The notes under the pieces were generated by a model, which did no database searches, was not told the DNA's origin, and worked only from the letters and a program-made list of their open reading frames with translations. A stretch of DNA of 59,056 nucleotides. It comes from Nitrospinales bacterium. GTDB taxonomy: Bacteria; Nitrospinota; Nitrospinia; Nitrospinales; JAJDAT01. The stretch spans positions 1 through 59,056 of the forward strand of contig JBHHYO010000010.1 in assembly GCA_046757665.1 (NCBI GenBank), given 5' to 3'. Position 1 is the first letter of the stretch; each line of letters begins with the position of its first letter. Of this stretch, positions 40,734-49,655 are shown in pieces. A program made the position numbers and the translations under genes.

Positions 40734-43372
40734 GGGCTCGTTTGGGGCTGTTGATCCGGAGAGAACTCGACGATCCCCTCATCGGAAATGTCGGGGCCGG
40801 TCGTCGCCGGCTCGTTCGGCGGCGGATTTTCCGCGGCACCGTTTTCCTCTGAACTGAAAAACAACCGTTCCTTTTCCTTGTGCCGGAGGTCCAGGGGAAA
40901 TTCCTCCCGCGTCAGGAGCCGGGGGTAGCCCCGCTCGCGGAGGCTCAGGTAATGATAAGCCCGGTAGCGGTCCGACTTTTCATTGAGGGCGGAGATTTCC
41001 TCGCGGTTCAGAAAACGAACGTTTTTGTCAAACAGAGTGGTTTGCAGGGGAGTCCCGTCATCCGCCACCATTTGCTGGAGCTGAAACTGCCGCGGAATGG
41101 GTTCGCCTGCTTTTAACGTGTCCAAAAACAGCGTGGCGTCGGTCACGCGGGAGCGTTTGAGGTCGCCCAGGCCGGCGGCCAGGGAATTGCCGTGGCATCC
41201 TTCGCAGGAACGGCCGGATTTGCGGATGGTGTGCGGCGAATAGGGAACCATGATCAGCCCGGGAGTGCCATCCTGAGTGATGGGAACCCGCGTGGTTTCC
41301 GGTACGGCTTCCGGTTTGGTTTCCCCCGTTTCCGGTTCGACTGCTCCGGCTTCCCATCGTTGCGTGATGAAATATTGGCGCCGGGGTTTCATGACGGAAT
41401 ATTTGCCACGCGAATTTTTTCCCAGAATCAATGTCCGGGGATCGCTTTTAACGGTCAGGTCCCACCACACGCCGGGCTCCCAGGCTCCCTCGATGCTTTT
41501 CCTCGAAGGTTGGGCAGTCAGCCAGTTCAGCATGGATGCGGGTTTGGGGTCGAGTTCGTTTTCCTTGCCGGCTGGGGCAGACAAGATATTTTGCAGTGTC
41601 GGATCGGCAAACGACCAGTTTTGCCATCGGCCCGTATCCGGTTCTTCTTCATAGATGACGTGCTTTCCCCATTCGGCGGCGGACCATCGGGCGTGGCAGG
41701 CCGAACATTCGACGGACTCCATATGCCGGGCGACCCGGTGGGCGGCGGGCACGGGCAGGTCCTTGAGAACCGGCACCTTGTGTTTTTTCCCCGTCACCTT
41801 TGAAATCAATACCCAGTGACCTTCCTCCATTTTTATGTGAGGCATCCGGACGCCCTGGGAATTGACCAGGACGACGTCTCCCAGTTTGACCTTGCTGGCC
41901 AGATTCGGATTGAGCCGGAGCGGTTTCAAGATAGCTTGCGCTTCCGGGTCGGAGGCGATGAGCTGGAATCCTTCCGGCGCTTTCGCATCGGTTCCGTGGC
42001 AGTCTTCGCAACGGATTTGCAACGCCTCATGCAGTGTGGGATAGGAGGGCGCCTTGATTTCCTCGGCTCCGTGGCAGTCAATGCAGTGCATTCCCTTTTC
42101 GCGGTGTATGTCCGGGAGGAGAAAATCGTGTTGCGCGCCGTAAAGTGTTGGCCGGGCTCCATCGATTTTTTCCATGTCCGGTTTGGGTCGGGCGGGTCTG
42201 GGCAGTAATCCTTCGTACTCGTTGCCGACGCCGCCGTTGTGGTGGCAATGCTCGCACTGAACGCTGGGAACGGCGACGGTGAACTTGTGGCGCACGGGGT
42301 AACCGCGGTTGTTGTTGAGAGAATTCGCCGCGAAGTTGCGGGAGAAACGGTTCTTCGATTTCCGAACTTCGGCCTTTTGTACCGCCTGAATGGCCCGGTC
42401 GCGGGTGACGGTCAGGCCGTCATTGGTGTAAACCATGTGGCAGGCGGAGCACCCCGTGCTCCGATATTCTCCCGGCCGGTGCGGGCTCGGGGACTGCAGA
42501 TGACAGCGCAGGCATTTTTTCTGCAAAAAACCGTCCACCGTCCGCGGCTCGGCCTCTTGCGGAAACAGGATTTCCGATTCCTCCGGGCGGAGGGAAAGCA
42601 AAGGCGAGCCGGAAGATTGCGCGCCCCAGGCGTAGCGGGTGAGGTTGATCTCACCCTTGGCCGTGGCCATCAATGATCGGTTCACTTTGTCGATTTGCCC
42701 GGCGTGGCATTTGCCGCAGTATTTCGGAGCATGTTGCAGGCTCGACGGGTTGGCGACCAAACCTTTGTGGGCGGCGCGGCGCGAAAACGCCCGGCGGTCT
42801 CCGCCATGGCATTGGGTGCAGGAAAACTTGTGGTTTTTACTGATTTCCTCAATCCCGTGGTGGCAGGTCAGGCATCTTTCATTGCCCTCCTGGTACTCCG
42901 TGCGTCCAAACACGTCTTTCAGCGAAAAACCGGATTTGCGGTAATACGTTTCAATGAATCGGTCCAAATGGGAATAACTGAAAAACCGCACCCCGTCGAT
43001 GGTCGTCCCCGGCTCCAGAACCTCCGGCGCATCGTCCCCATAACCGGGAATCAGGGCGAAAGGGTCGCGCAAATCGGCGGCGTCGATAAAATCTTTCGGC
43101 AGACGTTCCGGCGTTTCGGCCAGACGTTTTTCAAATGGCGAAATATTTTGGGGCGGGACAGCCGGATTCGCCCCGGTCTCCCCCGGTTGCAGAGGCGCTT
43201 CTTCACTGGCGGGCGGAAAAAAATCGGGCGCGGGAGAAACCGGCTCCACCGAAAGCCGGGGAGGCGAAAAATCATATTCATCCTGCGCCTGGAGCCAGGG
43301 AGTCGCCACCGCCAGCACACCTGCCGCCGCTACAATAAAATAAAATATAATTTTCGATGCGCGTGAGATCAT
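40730..43372 (-). CDS. Decaheme cytochrome c
   Basis: N-terminal hydrophobic signal; CLTCH, CTQCH, CGKCH, CLRCH, CSACH, CEHCH, CIDCH, CEDCH, CSACH, CEGCH. Confidence 0.92.
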   Translation of the reverse strand: MISRASKIIFYFIVAAAGVLAVATPWLQAQDEYDFSPPRLSVEPVSPAPDFFPPASEEAPLQPGETGANPAVPPQNISPFEKRLAETPERLPKDFIDAADLRDPFALIPGYGDDAPEVLEPGTTIDGVRFFSYSHLDRFIETYYRKSGFSLKDVFGRTEYQEGNERCLTCHHGIEEISKNHKFSCTQCHGGDRRAFSRRAAHKGLVANPSSLQHAPKYCGKCHAGQIDKVNRSLMATAKGEINLTRYAWGAQSSGSPLLSLRPEESEILFPQEAEPRTVDGFLQKKCLRCHLQSPSPHRPGEYRSTGCSACHMVYTNDGLTVTRDRAIQAVQKAEVRKSKNRFSRNFAANSLNNNRGYPVRHKFTVAVPSVQCEHCHHNGGVGNEYEGLLPRPARPKPDMEKIDGARPTLYGAQHDFLLPDIHREKGMHCIDCHGAEEIKAPSYPTLHEALQIRCEDCHGTDAKAPEGFQLIASDPEAQAILKPLRLNPNLASKVKLGDVVLVNSQGVRMPHIKMEEGHWVLISKVTGKKHKVPVLKDLPVPAAHRVARHMESVECSACHARWSAAEWGKHVIYEEEPDTGRWQNWSFADPTLQNILSAPAGKENELDPKPASMLNWLTAQPSRKSIEGAWEPGVWWDLTVKSDPRTLILGKNSRGKYSVMKPRRQYFITQRWEAGAVEPETGETKPEAVPETTRVPITQDGTPGLIMVPYSPHTIRKSGRSCEGCHGNSLAAGLGDLKRSRVTDATLFLDTLKAGEPIPRQFQLQQMVADDGTPLQTTLFDKNVRFLNREEISALNEKSDRYRAYHYLSLRERGYPRLLTREEFPLDLRHKEKERLFFSSEENGAAENPPPNEPATTGPDISDEGIVEFSPDQQPQTSP

Positions 43373-43380
43373 AAAAAATC

Positions 43381-45546
43381 TTATCGTTGATCCAGGATTT
43401 TTTGCCTCAACTCCCGGTGTCTTTGCGTTCTCTCAAATGCGAAACTATGCGCCATGTCCTGGTAAATCGGGTCGTCGTGCTCGTCATGGCAGGGAATGCA
43501 GTTTCCCACCCTCAATATCCGCGTGAGTTCCTCCTGGTTCAGCGGCCGGGCGCCGGGCTGACTGCTTCCGGCAATGGGCCGGCCGCGAACCGTGACCTTG
43601 GCGTCGGGAGCAAATGCGGCGATTTTAAACAAAATGTTCGACCGGTCCAAGGGTTCCAGGCGATCCTTTTTCCCCGTGATGTCGGATCCGATTTTCAAGC
43701 CATCCCCGGCCAGCCCCAGTGCCCGCGGGTTCAGGTGGCATCCGGCGCAGGGCCGCGCGGTTTTGCTGACGGAATGGGGATTGACGGCGTATGCCGGATT
43801 CGATCCGGAATAACCCTGGGAATTGACGAACTTCCAGTTCAGGTATGCGCCGGCGGAATCGCCGGATTTCGTGATAACCGGCACCGGTTTTCCCTGCTCG
43901 TCCAGAACGGTTAACGGTTTGGGGACCTGGGCGAGCATGGGAGCGATTTTTCCCCGCGGTCCCATCATGAGCGCCGGTTCGGCGGCGTCGAGCGAAAATT
44001 CAAACGGGTTCCAGGGGTTCGGCGTTTCCATGGGCCGGGCCTCCTCCGAGGTCTCGCGCCGGGGATCGTAGGAGATGTGACATCCCGTGCAACGGGGGAC
44101 CCACAGGGAATGGCAGGCGGTGCATTGCAGTTTTGCCCGATGTCCGGGAATGCCATGGGCGTCGGCATCTATTGCCAGCGGCGTGACATGCCGTTGGCCG
44201 CTTCGCTTGCCGAGGGTTACGATCTCGCCATTCATGACCTTGACGTTGGCAAGCTTGTTGCCGCGCGCCGATACGACCATCCAGTCCCCGACGGTGTTGG
44301 CGGATGATGAATCCTTGTAATGCTGGCTCAAACGGATCACCCGGTCCTGGCCCTCGGTGATTTGTTGAATCCGCGGCGGGGCGTCCACGGTTCCATGGCA
44401 GGTTTCGCACCGGATTTCCACCGCTTCGCCCTGTTTGGAGTAAAGGTTTCCGTCGCCCATAATATCATCCTGCGTGTGGCAGTCGATACATTCCAGCCCT
44501 CGCGCCAGATGGATGTCCGGGACGATCTCTCCGGCGCCGGGGAACAGGGTTTTGGAGCGCGGGCCGGTTGCCGTGTTTTGATAAAAATTCTTGTGGCATT
44601 TCGTGCAGGTCGAATTGGGGGGCAGGGCGGTGATGCGGTGCCGTTGCGGATGGCCCGGCTGGGTGCGGTCTATGGTAGGATCGCCGCCCTCGTAAAGGCC
44701 GTCGTCCGTGTAGGTGACGTGGCAGGCGGCGCAACCTTGCGAGCGATAACCCACGGTCTGGCCGCCCGGGGAGTCCAGGTGGCATTGAAAACACGACTGC
44801 CGCAACAGGCTGTCGCCGATGTGGCGGGAGATTTTAGCCGTTTCCCCTTGCCGGTGGCGGTCATTTTCCAGTTCCCGCCGGCTGAAATAAGGCAGTGCGT
44901 CCAGTTGGGCCAATGCGCCCCGATGAGCGGGGACAAAACCGTCCTCGTCGGCGACAGGGTAAACGCCATATTTTGCCGACGGTTGCGATTGGCCCGCCCA
45001 TTGAAAACGAAGGCCGGAGATGACCCCCGCCAAGGTTGCCATGATGGATTTTCTAACCCGGTCGACGTGGTTGCGATTCTGCTGTTGGTGCCCCGAGTGG
45101 CAGAGACTTTGTCCGCAGGTTTTGCCGGCCACCTGCAAGTGTGACGGATTGCGGCGGCCGGTTTTCGCCGACGGGTCATAGATGAGCGTGGAATGCGCGG
45201 TCTCCTTGTCGGCGGAATCGCCCACGCCGCCGTGGCAGACCGTGCAACCGAAACTTGCCGGATGGGAGGGGCCGGGCGCTTCAATTCCTGCGTGGCAGGT
45301 GGGGCATTTTTCGACCTCATAACCCCGATAGCCGGCAACCCGTTTCCAGGGATAGTCCGGCAGGGTGGCCGACACTTCGACCTCATGGATTGTCACGGGC
45401 GGACTGAATTCCGTCAAGCTCATGGACTCCTGACCCTGGCCGGGCGATTCTCCCGCAACCGGGCGGAAGTCATCGGCCGCCGCAACCAGAAGAAAACACA
45501 ATGGCGTCAGCAAGACGCCCGAAACCCAATAAGGAAACTTGAACAC
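43381..45546 (-). CDS. Multiheme cytochrome c (11 CxxCH + 1 CX4CH), paralog of the downstream decaheme
   Basis: CPTCH, CTVCH, CGQSLCH, CFQCH, CAACH, CTKCH, CIDCH, CETCH, CTACH, CTGCH, CAGCH, CIPCH. Confidence 0.92.
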   Translation of the reverse strand: MFKFPYWVSGVLLTPLCFLLVAAADDFRPVAGESPGQGQESMSLTEFSPPVTIHEVEVSATLPDYPWKRVAGYRGYEVEKCPTCHAGIEAPGPSHPASFGCTVCHGGVGDSADKETAHSTLIYDPSAKTGRRNPSHLQVAGKTCGQSLCHSGHQQQNRNHVDRVRKSIMATLAGVISGLRFQWAGQSQPSAKYGVYPVADEDGFVPAHRGALAQLDALPYFSRRELENDRHRQGETAKISRHIGDSLLRQSCFQCHLDSPGGQTVGYRSQGCAACHVTYTDDGLYEGGDPTIDRTQPGHPQRHRITALPPNSTCTKCHKNFYQNTATGPRSKTLFPGAGEIVPDIHLARGLECIDCHTQDDIMGDGNLYSKQGEAVEIRCETCHGTVDAPPRIQQITEGQDRVIRLSQHYKDSSSANTVGDWMVVSARGNKLANVKVMNGEIVTLGKRSGQRHVTPLAIDADAHGIPGHRAKLQCTACHSLWVPRCTGCHISYDPRRETSEEARPMETPNPWNPFEFSLDAAEPALMMGPRGKIAPMLAQVPKPLTVLDEQGKPVPVITKSGDSAGAYLNWKFVNSQGYSGSNPAYAVNPHSVSKTARPCAGCHLNPRALGLAGDGLKIGSDITGKKDRLEPLDRSNILFKIAAFAPDAKVTVRGRPIAGSSQPGARPLNQEELTRILRVGNCIPCHDEHDDPIYQDMAHSFAFERTQRHRELRQKILDQR

Positions 45547-45606
45547 AAAAATGTTTGTGGATTGAGTTTTGAAGATTAACGGGCCGAAAATCGAATCCCG
45601 ATACGG

Positions 45607-45933
45607 TCACTCAAAAACAATTTCAATACGGTTCAGGTAGTCGGCAAGCTCGTCAGTCGATTTCCTGATTTTTCCCGAGTTCGATTCCTGCCCGCCCTGT
45701 TCCAGCGCCACCCCGATTTGGCTGATGCGATTGAATCCATACCCCCGTCCGGAACCGTTCATCATATGGCCGATGTTCCGGATGGCCTCGAAGTTGCCCT
45801 GATCCAGATTCTCCAGAATGGAACGAATGTCCTTTTGCCGGTTATTGAGATATTTTGGGATCAGCGTCTTGAGGTCGGCTTCTATGGCAACAATGATTTT
45901 AGAGTCGCGTTTATCGGCGTTATTTTTGTTCAT
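45607..45933 (-). CDS. Stand-alone Hpt (histidine phosphotransfer) protein
   Basis: GHMMNGSGRGYGF..IS.IG..LE matches the Hpt H..KG.G..YG motif; start uncertain (45933-45963). Confidence 0.85.
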   Translation of the reverse strand: MNKNNADKRDSKIIVAIEADLKTLIPKYLNNRQKDIRSILENLDQGNFEAIRNIGHMMNGSGRGYGFNRISQIGVALEQGGQESNSGKIRKSTDELADYLNRIEIVFE

Positions 45934-46132
45934 GGGCCTGCCTTGTATTTTCTTCTCCATCAAGGGAGGCGGAACGGGACGTTCCGCTTGTTGCGGAGAT
46001 CGTATGTACAGGAAACAATAACCAAAAATCGGGGGAAAGGAAAGTGTTTTAAGGGCTGGGGAAAACGTGCGGGCGGTTATCAGGCGGGTCTTTGCTTTTC
46101 CCGCACGAAAGTTTCTTCGTTTGTTAGGTCGA

Positions 46133-46489
46133 TCAAGGGCCGGTTATATCCCGGAGCGTTGCTCCCTTGGCGGGCCTCTCTTCCCAGCGGGTTTGAAAAC
46201 CGTGAACTTCGAGGAGGCGGGTTTCTCCGTTTTTGCAGGTTACCCGATGCTCGAAAGCCTTACAGGGAATGATGGAAAATTCCAGGGCTGTTCCCAGCAG
46301 TTCATTTAAATTTTGCTCCAAAAGCTTGCCCGCCGCGGGGTTGGCGAATTGCACGACTTCCGATTTGTCGACAACGAGAAAGCCCAGCGGGTTGTTGTCG
46401 ACAATGTTCCGGAACCGCGCTTCACTTGCGCGTAATTCCAAGGTGAGTTCTCTCACCAGCAGTTCCATGTTTTCGGAGTCTCGGCTCAT
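46133..46489 (-). CDS. Small stand-alone PAS-domain protein (possibly a truncated sensor)
   Basis: SEARFRNIV, FANPAA, terminal LRDIT followed almost immediately by a stop. Confidence 0.7.
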   Translation of the reverse strand: MSRDSENMELLVRELTLELRASEARFRNIVDNNPLGFLVVDKSEVVQFANPAAGKLLEQNLNELLGTALEFSIIPCKAFEHRVTCKNGETRLLEVHGFQTRWEERPAKGATLRDITGP

Positions 46490-46525
46490 TCCGCCCTTCA
46501 ATGTTAACCACACAAAAGGGTAGGG

Positions 46526-46541
46526 AGCATAAATTATGCCA
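46526..46541 (-). promoter_or_regulatory. Candidate sigma54 promoter upstream of the PAS gene
   Basis: Minus strand TGGCATAATTTATGCT, GG-N10-GC. Confidence 0.6.
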
Positions 46542-46688
46542 AAATATGGAGCGGCGGAATTTAACCCGAAACACTTTAAAAATTACATGGTTATGGGAGA
46601 AACACGTTGCCGCGAGGGAGGGCTCCGGCGGGCAGGGGATGCGTGAAAACCAAAAATAATTTATGCCGGATCAAAAAAATTTTGGTTT

Positions 46689-47189
46689 TTAATAGACGGG
46701 ATTGTGAAAATAATACAGGCCGTCTTCACCGGGAAGCAGGGTGTAGTCGGGGAGACTGGTGCAATGTTCATGCGAGATTTTCCACTGCCCCTGTTCCCGG
46801 GAAAAAATATAACTGCAAAAATTGTGCTGGCGTTCGTCCCCGCTAAGCCGCGCATGAACGTTGATGGTTTCATCGACCAGCACGTAACCGATTTTTTCGC
46901 CCACTCCGCCGGCAAGCACCTTGCGTTTGAAATTGCACTTCATGCCGTCATACTCGGCAATCATGCGCTCGTAATCCTCGATTCGGTGGGTGAGGGAGGC
47001 GCGTTTGTCGTCTTCCATGATCACCAGGTTTTTACCGTAAAATTGCGTGATTTTCGAGGGTGTGGTGCAGGTCAGGGCGTCAACTTTCTTTAAAACGTCG
47101 GTAAGAATGTCCGTCTCTGCCGCAAGGGCATTCCGGCCCGGCAGTACCGCCATCAAGGCGACGAGCAGGATGAGTATTCGTCGTTGCAT
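46689..47189 (-). CDS. Secreted SnoaL/NTF2-like protein
   Basis: Signal peptide; C-terminal SYIFSREQGQWKISHEH typical of NTF2-like folds. Confidence 0.72.
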   Translation of the reverse strand: MQRRILILLVALMAVLPGRNALAAETDILTDVLKKVDALTCTTPSKITQFYGKNLVIMEDDKRASLTHRIEDYERMIAEYDGMKCNFKRKVLAGGVGEKIGYVLVDETINVHARLSGDERQHNFCSYIFSREQGQWKISHEHCTSLPDYTLLPGEDGLYYFHNPVY

Positions 47190-47233
47190 ACAAGACCTCC
47201 AATAAACAGCCGCAAGGGAGAACAGGGTTTATG

Positions 47234-49450
47234 TTAAGGGAAATTCTGGGTGATGATTTCGACGGTTTCGCCGTCATCCGCCCATCCGTAGGTTCCCGAC
47301 CCGGCCAGGGTGCTGATGATGCCCTTCGTGTCGATTTTGCGGATGCGGTTGTTGCCCAGGTCCGAGATATAGATATTGCTTTTGGAATCGAAGGCGATGG
47401 CGAAAGGCGTTTTCAGCATGGCCTTGAACGCGGGTCCGCCGTCGCCGAAAAATCCCCCCACGCCGCGTCCGGCAATGGTCAGGATAATGCCTTCCCTGGT
47501 GACTTTTCGTATGCGGTTGCCGTTGGCTTCCACGATATAGAGTTCGCCGGACGGGCTGATGGCGACATCCTCCAAGGTGCGGATGCCGGCCTGGGTGGCC
47601 GGGCCGCCGTCGCCGCTGTCTTCAGCGGAGCCGTTTCCGGCGACGGTGGAGACGATGCCCCGGGTGTCGATTTTGCGAACCCGGTTACTGCCCGCGGAGG
47701 CGATGTAAATATTGCCGTCTTTATCTACGGTCAGGGCTTGCGGATCATAAAAGGCCGCTTTGAGAGCCGGGCCGCCGTCGCCATAAAAATCGGCCTCGCC
47801 CGTGCCGGCTATGGTGGTGATGTTCCCCTCACCGTCCACTTTTCTTATCTGGTGATTGACGCGGTCGGCGATGTAAAGATTATCCTGGCTGTCGAACGCG
47901 ATGTCGGAGAACTGGAACTGGGTGCTTTGGGTCAGCGGTTGGGTGAAGTGAACGGCTTTCAGGAACTTCTTTTCGGTCGTTCCAAGGAAATGCGTGATAA
48001 TGCCGTCCGTGCCGATTTTCCGGATGACGCTTGTGCGTCCGCTTTGGCTGATGAAGAAAATTTCATCCTTGCTGTTGATGGCAAGGGACGTGGGGCCGAA
48101 CAAGGCCGCCTCCATCGCCGGGCCGCCGTCGCCCGAGGTGCCGCGGGTGCCGTTCCCGGCAACGGTGTCGATGATACCGTCCGGGGTGATTTTGCGGATG
48201 CGGCTGTTGGACTTGTCGGAGAAATACACGTTGTCCTTTGAATCCAAGACGATGCCGTGGGGAAAATTCAGGGAGGCGCCAGTGGCCGGGCCGCCGTCAC
48301 CGCGGAATTTTTTCAGGCCGTTGCCGGCGATGGTGCTGACCTCGCCGGTTTGCGGGTTCACCCGGCGAATGATGTAATGCGAGCGGTCGACGACCAGCAG
48401 TTTGCCCTCATTGTCGAGAGCCACGGCAAACGGCAGGTAAAAATTGGTTTCCCGCGCCAGCTCGCCGTCGCCGTTGTAATCCTGTTGCCCCGTGCCGGCG
48501 ACGGTGCGGATCAACCCGTTGGCGTCGATCATGCGGATGCGGTTGTTGTTGCGGTCGGCGACGTAGATGTTGCCGGCCTCATCCACCACCACGCCCGTAG
48601 GCCCCGCCAGGCTGGCCCGGTAGGCCGGGCCGTTGTCGCCGATGAAGAAAAACGATCCGTCGCCCGCGACGGAGGTGATGATGCCGGAGGCATCAACTTT
48701 GCGGATGCGGTTGTTGCCCCGGTCGGCGATGTACAGATTTTGCTTTTTGTCCAGGGCCAGGCCGAAGGGTTTTCTCAAGTGCGCTTTGGTGGCGGGGCCG
48801 CCGTCGCCGCCGTACTCCGCGATTCCCGTCCCGGCGTAGGTGTGAATAATACCTTTTTCGTCCACCATGCGAATCCGGTCGTTGGAACGGTCGGCGATAA
48901 AAATCCTGCCGCGGTCATCGACCGCCACTCCGGCGGGCAGGTTGAGGCTGGCCTGGATGGCGGGGCCGCCGTCGCCGCTGAATCCCGGCGTGCCGTTTCC
49001 CGCAACCGTTGTTATTATTCCGCTGGTGTCAACCTTGCGGATTCTGTGATTGTCTCTGTCGGCAATGTAAAGGTTGCCCTTTCTATCGAAGGTCAGGCCG
49101 GCGGGAAGTTTGAGTTTTGCTTGCAGGGCCGGACCGCCGTCACCGGTAAACCCGGACACGCCGGAACCCGCGACGGGACGGATTGTGCCGTCCCGGCCAA
49201 TCCGGCTTACGACGTTCATGTCGCGTTTGGAAATATAGACGTTGCCTTCCTGATCCACGGCGATCCCGTCGATCAGGGAAATTTCCGTCTGGGTGGCGAG
49301 AACCTTTGCCGATTGCGTTTTTGCCACGGCCGGAAGGGATAGCAGTGCCGCAAATATCAAAATGAGTGTGCGGATTTGCCAAAGACGGAAACGAAAACTC
49401 GCCCCGACAGGCCTGTTGCCGGTGCCAATGAAATTCATCAAATCCAACAT
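47234..49450 (-). CDS. Secreted NHL-repeat beta-propeller protein (about 12 repeats)
   Basis: Repeated D..GN.YIAD..N.RIRK.D..G.I.T.AG.G....GDGGPA units. Confidence 0.93.
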   Translation of the reverse strand: MLDLMNFIGTGNRPVGASFRFRLWQIRTLILIFAALLSLPAVAKTQSAKVLATQTEISLIDGIAVDQEGNVYISKRDMNVVSRIGRDGTIRPVAGSGVSGFTGDGGPALQAKLKLPAGLTFDRKGNLYIADRDNHRIRKVDTSGIITTVAGNGTPGFSGDGGPAIQASLNLPAGVAVDDRGRIFIADRSNDRIRMVDEKGIIHTYAGTGIAEYGGDGGPATKAHLRKPFGLALDKKQNLYIADRGNNRIRKVDASGIITSVAGDGSFFFIGDNGPAYRASLAGPTGVVVDEAGNIYVADRNNNRIRMIDANGLIRTVAGTGQQDYNGDGELARETNFYLPFAVALDNEGKLLVVDRSHYIIRRVNPQTGEVSTIAGNGLKKFRGDGGPATGASLNFPHGIVLDSKDNVYFSDKSNSRIRKITPDGIIDTVAGNGTRGTSGDGGPAMEAALFGPTSLAINSKDEIFFISQSGRTSVIRKIGTDGIITHFLGTTEKKFLKAVHFTQPLTQSTQFQFSDIAFDSQDNLYIADRVNHQIRKVDGEGNITTIAGTGEADFYGDGGPALKAAFYDPQALTVDKDGNIYIASAGSNRVRKIDTRGIVSTVAGNGSAEDSGDGGPATQAGIRTLEDVAISPSGELYIVEANGNRIRKVTREGIILTIAGRGVGGFFGDGGPAFKAMLKTPFAIAFDSKSNIYISDLGNNRIRKIDTKGIISTLAGSGTYGWADDGETVEIITQNFP

Positions 49451-49655
49451 TCCAAAATAAGGCGGAGAGCGAAGCGTCGGAAAAACTTCACGCCGCGCGC
49501 GATGAGGAAGATTTAAGGTTATTTTTCGATTATACGTTCACCTCATTCGATGTCAATGGAATTTCTTGCTCCCGCCTCCGGCGAAAAACAGGATTCCTCC
49601 TCTGGAATGGCAACAAACCGGGACTATTTCGGCCAAAAATGATATGGTATTTAGC

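Noticed and set aside
47234-49450. Periodic GGGCCGCCGTCGCC repeats as a possible CRISPR or DNA repeat array
   Set aside because: They encode the GDGGPA loops of NHL repeats; about 168-bp period, in frame, no cas genes
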